A program made the translations under genes and the position numbers. From Chondromyces crocatus (GTDB lineage Bacteria; Myxococcota_A; Polyangia; Polyangiales; Polyangiaceae), in contig NZ_CP012159.1 of assembly GCF_001189295.1 (NCBI RefSeq), positions 4,073,773-4,105,772 of the forward strand: DNA of 32,000 bases. Direction: 5' to 3'. Below the pieces are notes generated by a model. That model was not told the DNA's origin. It saw only the letters and a program-made list of their open reading frames with translations, and did not search any database. This document shows positions 8,349-14,037 of the stretch, piece by piece. Position 1 is the first letter of the stretch; each line of letters begins with the position of its first letter.

Positions 8349-9737
8349 CTAGCGCTTCACGAGCGCTTCGGCGAGCGAGGTGTCGTACTGGCCGCCCGCG
8401 AACTCTTCGGAGGCGAGCACCTTGCGGAGGAAGGTGAGGTTGCTGGCCGCGGGACCCGCGGGGCCCGTGAGTTCCAGGGTCGTCGCACCGAGCGCGGCGT
8501 CGAGCCGCTGGATGGCGTCGGCGCGGGTCTCGCCGAAGGCCACCACCTTCGCCAGCATGGGATCGTAGAACGGGGTGACGTCGAGCCCCTCGGTGATGCC
8601 GGTCTCGATGCGCAGATCCTCGCCAGCCTCCGGCCAGGCGAGGCGGGTGACACGACCGGGCTGAGGCGCGAACTTCTTCGCCGGGTCCTCGGCGTAGACG
8701 CGGGCCTCGATCGAGCTGCCGCGCCGCTCGTTCGCGAGGATCTCGGGTGCGAGCGCCTCGCCCGAGGCGACGCGGATCTGCTGCTCGACGAGGTCGATGC
8801 CGGTGACCATCTCGGTCACGCAGTGCTCCACCTGGAGGCGCGCGTTGACCTCCAGGAACCAGATCTCGCCGGACTGGCTCGCGACCAGCTCCACGGTGCC
8901 GGCGCCCACGTACCCCACGCTGGTGACCACGCGGAGCGCGTCGGAGAGCAGCTTCTGGCGTCGCGCTTCACCCTCGGATCCCTGGAAGAATGCGGCGGGG
9001 GAGGGCGTCTCCTCGATGATCTTCTGGTGCCGGCGCTGCACGCTGCATTCGCGCTCGCCGAGCGCCACGGCGCCGCCCTTTCCGTCGCACAGGACCTGCA
9101 CCTCGATGTGCCGGGGCTTCTCGATGTAGCGCTCCAGGTACACGCGCGGGTCGGCGAAGGCCTGGCGGCCGCGATCCGAGCAGGCCTGGACGGCGCGTGC
9201 GAGCTTCGCCGCGTCGGGGACGATCTGCATGCCGATGCCGCCACCGCCGCCGGCTGCCTTGACCAGCAAGGGGAACCCGATGCGCTCGGCCTCGCGCGCG
9301 ACGGCTTCCGTGTCGGCAGGATCGAGCGGGCCATCGGTGCCTGGCGGTGGGAGGACGCCCACCTTCCGCGCGACCTCGCGGGCGCGGATCTTGTCACCGA
9401 AGGCGTCGAGCACCTCGGGAGGAGGGCCGATGAAGGTGATCCCGGCGGCCGCGACGGCGTCGGCGAAGGCACGCTTCTCGCTGAGCAGGCCGTAGCCCGG
9501 GTGGACGCCGTCGGCGCCGGTCGTGCGGGCAGCGTCGAGGATGGCCTCGATGTTCAGGTAGCTGTCCTTGACGGGCGCGGGCCCGATGCGGACCGCCTCG
9601 TCCGCCATGGCGACGTGCGGCGCCTGGGCGTCGGCGTCGGAGTAGACGGCCACGGTGGCGATGCCGAGGCGCTTGCAGGTGCGGAGGATGCGGCAAGCAA
9701 TCTCACCGCGGTTGGCGACCAGGATCTTGCGGAGCAC
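8349..9737 (-). CDS. accC: biotin carboxylase (acetyl-CoA/acyl-CoA carboxylase subunit)
   Basis: The sequence V/MLRKILVANRGEIACRILRTCKRLGIATVAVYSDAD continues into an ATP-grasp core and biotin carboxylase C-domain. I placed the start at GTG 9737..9735. The 559-aa track ORF carries a spurious Arg/Pro-rich 5' extension. Confidence 0.9.
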   Translation of the reverse strand: MLRKILVANRGEIACRILRTCKRLGIATVAVYSDADAQAPHVAMADEAVRIGPAPVKDSYLNIEAILDAARTTGADGVHPGYGLLSEKRAFADAVAAAGITFIGPPPEVLDAFGDKIRAREVARKVGVLPPPGTDGPLDPADTEAVAREAERIGFPLLVKAAGGGGGIGMQIVPDAAKLARAVQACSDRGRQAFADPRVYLERYIEKPRHIEVQVLCDGKGGAVALGERECSVQRRHQKIIEETPSPAAFFQGSEGEARRQKLLSDALRVVTSVGYVGAGTVELVASQSGEIWFLEVNARLQVEHCVTEMVTGIDLVEQQIRVASGEALAPEILANERRGSSIEARVYAEDPAKKFAPQPGRVTRLAWPEAGEDLRIETGITEGLDVTPFYDPMLAKVVAFGETRADAIQRLDAALGATTLELTGPAGPAASNLTFLRKVLASEEFAGGQYDTSLAEALVKR

Positions 9738-9802
9738 GCTGGAGGCGTAGGATGGGCACCGCGGGGTCGTCAAGCAGGCTCGTGGTTTTCGCCTTCCAGG
9801 GG

Positions 9803-10252
9803 TCAGGTCGTGACGACGCCGTAGGGGTTCTGGCGTCGGATCTCCATGTACCGGTCTTCCATCGCCGGGCGGAAGCCGAGCGGGGCGTAGACGCCGTGGG
9901 CATCCCGGGTGCCGAGGATCCAGCGACGGAGGCCGGTGAGTTCCGGGTGATCGAGCGCCGTCTGCACCATCCAGCGTGCGAGCCCGCGGGCGCGGTGCGC
10001 CTCGAGGACGAACACGTCGGCGAGCCACGCGAAGGTGGCCTTGTCGGTCACCACGCGGGCGAAGCCGATCTGCGCGTCGTCGTGGAAGAGGCTGAAGTTG
10101 ACCGAGTTCGCGATCGCGCGGACGAGCACGTCACGCGGAAGGCCAGGCGACCAGTACGACGTGTGCAGGAAGCCGTGGACGACGTCGAGGTCGATCCGCT
10201 CCGGATCGGTGGTGATGCGGTACGGGGGACGGCTCGCGATCCAGGTCTCCAT
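9803..10252 (-). CDS. GNAT family N-acetyltransferase
   Basis: The 149-aa protein starts at ATG 10252..10250 (METWIASRPPYRITTD..). An acetyl-CoA motif-A-like segment VFVLEAHRARGLARWMV is present. It lies 65 bp upstream of accC on the same strand. Confidence 0.7.
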   Translation of the reverse strand: METWIASRPPYRITTDPERIDLDVVHGFLHTSYWSPGLPRDVLVRAIANSVNFSLFHDDAQIGFARVVTDKATFAWLADVFVLEAHRARGLARWMVQTALDHPELTGLRRWILGTRDAHGVYAPLGFRPAMEDRYMEIRRQNPYGVVTT

Positions 10253-10387
10253 GGCGCGGAGGGTGCCGGAGGAGGAAGCGACGGAGAAGCGTGAAACGTC
10301 AATCAACCAACCAGCGCTGGCAGGCGCACGGAGGGGGGTGGAGGCGCGCTCCGCGTGAGCGTGCCCTCGTGCTAGCGTCCGCGCCTC

Positions 10388-11065
10388 ATGACCGGCCCCG
10401 CCGCACCGCTCCCCGTCCTCGTGCGGACCGACCGCTACGTCGCCGTCGACAAGCCCTCGGGCCTCGCGGTGCACCGTGGCGACTGCCGGGATCGCGTGAC
10501 CGCGCTGGACCTCGTGCGGGACGACATGGGCTGCTGGGTCTACCCGGTCCACCGCATCGATCGCGGGACGAGCGGGGTGGTGCTCTTCGCGCTGGACCCG
10601 GAGAGCGCTGCCAGCCTCCAGGCCTGCTTCAACGCCTCGACCGTCGAGAAGCGCTACCTCGCCCTCGTGCGCGGCTGCCCTCCAGATGAGGGGGTCATCG
10701 ATCATCCGGTGCCGAAATCCGAGGGGGGCCCTCGCGTGCCTGCCGTGACCGACTTTCGCAGACTCGCCGCGGTCGAGCGCTGCGCCCTCGTCGAGGCGCG
10801 CCCGCGCACCGGCCGATTTCACCAGATCCGGCGTCACCTCAAGCACATCGGTCACCCGCTGATCGGGGACGCCAACTACGGCAAGGGCGCCCTCAACCGG
10901 GCCTACCGCGACGACGTGGGGCTCGCGCGCCTCGCGCTCCACGCCAGCGCACTGTCATTCCCCGATCCGTGGACCGGAGAGCGTGTGCGCGCGGTCGCGG
11001 AGATCCCCGATGACCTTGCAGCGCCCCTCGTGCGGCTGGGGTTTCATCTCCCGAATGCGATGTAG
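10388..11065 (+). CDS. RluA-family pseudouridine synthase (TruC/RluA-like, no S4 domain)
   Basis: Contains VAVDKPSGLAVH, the catalytic-Asp motif HRIDRGTSGVVLFA, and RTGRFHQIRRHL. Confidence 0.85.
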   Translation: MTGPAAPLPVLVRTDRYVAVDKPSGLAVHRGDCRDRVTALDLVRDDMGCWVYPVHRIDRGTSGVVLFALDPESAASLQACFNASTVEKRYLALVRGCPPDEGVIDHPVPKSEGGPRVPAVTDFRRLAAVERCALVEARPRTGRFHQIRRHLKHIGHPLIGDANYGKGALNRAYRDDVGLARLALHASALSFPDPWTGERVRAVAEIPDDLAAPLVRLGFHLPNAM

Positions 11066-12174
11066 TGGGCCGAGAGCCGCCACTGGCCACCGGGCGAAGG
11101 GTTGACGATCGTCCAGGCGAAGCGGTGCTCTCCCGGCGTGACCGGCGCGGCACCGTCGAAGACGAGCGGTGGCGTGACGCTGCCCGGGCACCAGTTCGCG
11201 CGCGGTGCCCTCACGCTCTCGATCGCGCCACACGGGTTCTCCTGGCAGTAGTCGAAGCCGCCATCCGCGGGTCCGTAGTGCGCGAGCGTGCAGAGCGTGT
11301 CGCAGTCGTCGCGCCAGGCGTTGAAGTGGGTGATCGCCTCGTCGTCGACGAAGATCCGGTGGACGCGCCGACAGAACTCCTCGGCCGGGCCGATGCATCC
11401 CGTCCCTCCGGGGTCGCCGCCATGACCCGTGGCGCGGTACTCGAGGCGGGCGCTGGTCGTCCCTTCGGGGACCTGGAACGCGATCGGCGTGCTGCCGTCC
11501 ATGCCGCGCTGCGTTCCGTTGAACAAAGGCACCACGGCGAGCACGTCGCGGGGGGCAGGACCGGGGGTCACCTCCAGCGAGGCGTTCACATTCCATCCAC
11601 CGTTCGCGCCACTCACCTGACCCTCGGGATCCGGCCATGTCGCGATGAACGCCTTCAAGCGATGCGGGCCAGGCATTCCGTTGGCGATGTCGGTGATGTC
11701 CTCCTCGAGGCGCATGGGCCCGCCAAACGGCGTGATCGCGCGGATCAACTCGATGCCGGGGGCGTCTCCGTCGGCGCGCGGGTCGTCGAGCGAGATCTCG
11801 AAGTTGCGGTCGTACGCATCGCAGTCGGCTGGCCAGCGGTGCCCTTCGGGTGGAGGGTTCGACGACCAGGTCTCGAAGGGAGTGCAGGTACTTTTCAACT
11901 CCACCACCAGCTTGACGGAGGCGAACGGCGCGCCGCTGAGATCGATGTCGGCGAAGGCTTGCTGGAAATGCTCGTCGTTCGCATCGCTGCTGATCCGGAC
12001 GTCGTTCAGCGCTTGCAGCGTGTAGGGCGCAGCGGGCGCCCCGCCAGCTCCTCCAGTCCCTGGTCCTGGATCAGGAGCCGTCTCGGTGCTGCATGCGGTG
12101 AGGGTGGTCAGGAGCGTCGCCGCGCCGAGCACCAGGGCACGCGCAGACGCACGCGCAGCAGAGGAGGGGTGCAT
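11044..12174 (-). CDS. lipoprotein with peptide-N-glycosidase F (PNGase F)-like two-domain fold
   Basis: The signal peptide ends in the lipobox LTAC. Three blocks resemble my memory of Elizabethkingia PNGase F. CDAYDRNFEIS..ELIRAITPFGG matches CDEWDRYANVY..EIGRFITPYW. PAEEFCRRVHRIFVDD matches CAEWCFRTHTIAINN. RAPRANWCPGSVTPP matches DRAGWCPGMAVP. The 3' end overlaps the convergent pseudouridine synthase gene by 22 bp. The CDS itself is solid; the family call is moderate. Confidence 0.6.
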   Translation of the reverse strand: MHPSSAARASARALVLGAATLLTTLTACSTETAPDPGPGTGGAGGAPAAPYTLQALNDVRISSDANDEHFQQAFADIDLSGAPFASVKLVVELKSTCTPFETWSSNPPPEGHRWPADCDAYDRNFEISLDDPRADGDAPGIELIRAITPFGGPMRLEEDITDIANGMPGPHRLKAFIATWPDPEGQVSGANGGWNVNASLEVTPGPAPRDVLAVVPLFNGTQRGMDGSTPIAFQVPEGTTSARLEYRATGHGGDPGGTGCIGPAEEFCRRVHRIFVDDEAITHFNAWRDDCDTLCTLAHYGPADGGFDYCQENPCGAIESVRAPRANWCPGSVTPPLVFDGAAPVTPGEHRFAWTIVNPSPGGQWRLSAHYIAFGR

Positions 12175-12322
12175 CCTTCGAGGGTAGGCGCGGCGTGGGC
12201 GCGTGTCCCACGTCGTCGTGCCGTGGGCTGCACGTGGCGCAAACTGCCGCGATCGCTCGGGTTCCCATGTGGGTCGAGCTGCCCCTCCTTGCCCGTGCGC
12301 ACCGTGCCGGAGACTTGCTTTG

Positions 12323-12363
12323 TCCGCTATGGGGGATTAGCGTCCGCTTTGATAGCGGTAGCG
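12323..12363 (+). promoter_or_regulatory. two imperfect tandem ~20-bp units (TCCGCTWTG..TAGCG) with an embedded inverted repeat CCGCTAT/ATAGCGG, upstream of the poly-Thr lipoprotein gene
   Basis: The units are tccgctatgggggattagcg and tccgctttgatagcggtagcg. They lie 55-95 bp upstream of ATG 12418, in a locally lower-GC stretch of the divergent intergenic region. Confidence 0.25.
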
Positions 12364-12417
12364 CTGCGCTTCATAGGCGTGGACGCTGCAGCTGGTTGGC
12401 TCACGAAAGGTCAGAAA

Positions 12418-12678
12418 ATGAACACTGCTTACCGTTTCAGCAAGATGGGTGCGCTTCTGGTTGCCACGCTGGCGTTCGGTGCCGTTGCTTGCGGCGGCGA
12501 CGACGACGGCGGCACGGACACGACGACCACGACGACCACGACGACCACGACGACCACGACGACCACCACCGGCAATGAGGGTGGCGGCGGCGCTGGCGAA
12601 GGCGGCGCAGGTGAAGGTGGCGCTGGTGAAGGTGGCGCTGGCGAAGGCGGCGCTGGTGGCGAGGGCGGCGGCAACTGA
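12418..12678 (+). CDS. 86-aa low-complexity lipoprotein (signal peptide + Asp-rich segment + Thr17 + (GEGGA)n)
   Basis: Starts at ATG 12418, preceded by gaaagg. The sequence is MNTAYRFSKMGALLVATLAFGAVAC|GGDDDGGTD-T17-GNEGGGGA(GEGGA)4GGEGGGN, ending in tandem stops TGATGA. It is in frame with the 3' end of a spurious 537-aa track ORF. It has no globular domain. Confidence 0.5.
   Translation: MNTAYRFSKMGALLVATLAFGAVACGGDDDGGTDTTTTTTTTTTTTTTTTTGNEGGGGAGEGGAGEGGAGEGGAGEGGAGGEGGGN
12520..12654 (+). repeat. in-CDS codon repeats: (ACGACGACC)~6 encoding Thr17, then 15-bp GGYGAAGGYGGCGCW units encoding GEGGA
   Basis: Read directly from the sequence. The 9-bp periodicity spans 12520..12570 and the 15-bp periodicity spans about 12595..12654. 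Confidence 0.85.
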
Positions 12679-12892
12679 TGAAGTTGCCAGGATCTGAGGA
12701 CGCCGACAGGCGGTCGCAGATCTGACGCTCCGGGCAGCTGAGACCCAGTCTGCTCGACCGAAGCTGGAAGCCAGGCGCCTCTCCCTGAGGCGCACCTCGC
12801 GGCTCCCAGCAAGTAGCGACGACACCCGTCAGGTTCATCCGGTTCAGACCTTTCCGGCCCGCCGGCGCGGTTCAGGTGACTGCGCCTCGCGT

Positions 12893-12927
12893 CGCCGGCC
12901 GTGGTGATCCAGGTGTCGGCGTTTTTT
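12893..12927 (+). terminator. candidate intrinsic terminator (7-bp GC stem with one G-U pair, 15-nt loop, T6 tract)
   Basis: CGCCGGC (12893..12899) pairs with GTCGGCG (12915..12921), followed directly by TTTTTT (12922..12927). A T6 run is rare at this GC content. The long loop makes it weak. Confidence 0.3.
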
Positions 12928-13163
12928 GCGGAGGTCGGTCACGCATGGGACCAGGGCCGCGCCTCGCGCGACGGGTCGAGGTTTGCCTCCGACCCTGCCC
13001 GCGTCGGCGGCTCACGACATCAGGTCCCGCTCACCAACCCCCCGCGGTCCCTGGAAGAGACCTGCATGGCAACGAACATGGAGCGCGTCGCCGGCCGACG
13101 GGACCAGGGCACGCGCTCTCCTCGCCGTCGTCGTGCGTGTCCGGGGAGGATGTCCGAAAACAA

Positions 13164-13330
13164 GGTGTCGTCGTCCGTTGATGCGACCTGTTCACGGGCG
13201 AGACCTGGTCGCGTCGTCCACTCACGGGACCTGTGCACGGGCGAGACCTGGTCGCGTCGTCCACTCACGGGACCTGTGCACGGGCCGAACCTGGTCGCGT
13301 CGTCCACTCACGGGGCCTGTGCAACCGGGG
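13164..13330. repeat. 43-bp tandem direct repeat, about 3.9 copies, non-coding
   Basis: Full units lie at 13185..13227, 13228..13270 and 13271..13313, with 1-3 mismatches between them. The unit is GACCTGTGCACGGGCGAGACCTGGTCGCGTCGTCCACTCACGG. Partial copies flank the array on both sides. Each unit carries the near-palindromes CCTGTGCACGGG and GACCTGGTC. Confidence 0.9.
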
Positions 13331-13510
13331 AGCTCGCGGTTTTGCCGAGATGGCCACTGTTGCTCGCGTCTCTTTGGTCGGCTCGGTTCGGTGTTGTTCG
13401 GTGTTCTTGGCTGGTGGTGCAGATCACCTCGTGGGTCGCTGCTCACCTGTACGTACGGAGCGGATTAGAACTTCGTGTCCCCGCGTCAGGTTCTGCGCTG
13501 CCCTCGAGCG

Positions 13511-13921
13511 TCAGGAGAAGCGCCGCTCGTGATCCAGGCTCTCGAGGGAGATTCCGTCGATTGCCGAGGAGCGCACCCGCCACAGCGTCGCTGTCCGGTC
13601 CGTGCCCACGCCGTAGTGGATGCGGACGTCACGGAAGTGCAGGAATGGCGCCGTGCCGTCCACCTCCTCGGGAAGCGCCATGACCTGCGCACGCAGCCCC
13701 TCCAGGCCTTCGGCCACGGCCTTGCTCTGCTCGCCTTCGGCAGCGCGGGTCCCGGCGATGACCTGCTCCAGGAGTCGCTTCAGATACTCGCCTTCCGAGA
13801 TGAGGACGCCGCTCATCAGCAGGCCTTGCGTGTGGAACGTCAGCCGGATCGTCACCCCCACGGCCACGAGGGGCCGCAAGAGCAGCGGGAGGATCTCTTC
13901 CTGATCGGTTCGCTCGGACAT
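13511..13921 (-). CDS. small hypothetical protein, possibly GvpU-like (gas-vesicle accessory protein family)
   Basis: The 136-aa ORF has strong GC3 bias. The segments VTIRLTFHTQGLLMSGVLISEGEYLKRLLE and PFLHFRDVRIHYG..LWRVRSSAIDGISL resemble my recollection of the Bacillus/Priestia GvpU pattern. The CDS is likely real; the family call is tentative. Confidence 0.55.
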   Translation of the reverse strand: MSERTDQEEILPLLLRPLVAVGVTIRLTFHTQGLLMSGVLISEGEYLKRLLEQVIAGTRAAEGEQSKAVAEGLEGLRAQVMALPEEVDGTAPFLHFRDVRIHYGVGTDRTATLWRVRSSAIDGISLESLDHERRFS

Positions 13922-14037
13922 GGTCGCCTCGTTCGGGGGCTGCGCCCCCTGCTCAGGGGCTGGACCTGCGTACCCTAAACCAGGAGCCTGTCAGCCCCCT
14001 ACGCTGCCCTTGGTGGTTCCCGGTTTTGTTCGGTGCT

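Noticed and set aside
4479-8352. Plus-strand ORFs of 720 aa (4479..6641) and 723 aa (6181..8352)
   Set aside because: They are antisense to the membrane protein and the phosphohexomutase (TASHNP motif on the minus strand). The translations are Gly/Arg/Asp/Ala-rich runs without domain signatures.
9738-10028. N-terminal 97-aa extension of the accC track ORF
   Set aside because: The extension is Arg/Pro-rich and overlaps the GNAT gene's 3' end. Canonical AccC begins a few residues before ILVANRGEIA, and a GTG sits exactly there.
11065-12417. 5' part of the 537-aa plus-strand ORF 11065..12678
   Set aside because: It is antisense to the PNGase F-like lipoprotein gene. Only the last 86 codons, from ATG 12418 with a signal peptide, look like a real gene.
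13164-13330. Possible CRISPR array
   Set aside because: The repeats are directly abutting with no unique spacers. The unit length is 43 bp, there are only about 4 copies, and no cas genes or leader are present in the window.
12876-13683. ORFs of 101-260 aa on both strands across the tandem-repeat region (e.g. 12901..13683 +, 12926..13468 +, 13020..13307 -)
   Set aside because: They have no GC3 bias and an Arg/Ser/Cys/Trp-rich composition. The repeated peptide (..RDLVASSTHGTCARA..) simply mirrors the 43-bp DNA repeat, which is not a multiple of 3, so the reading frame rotates between copies. I treat the region as non-coding.
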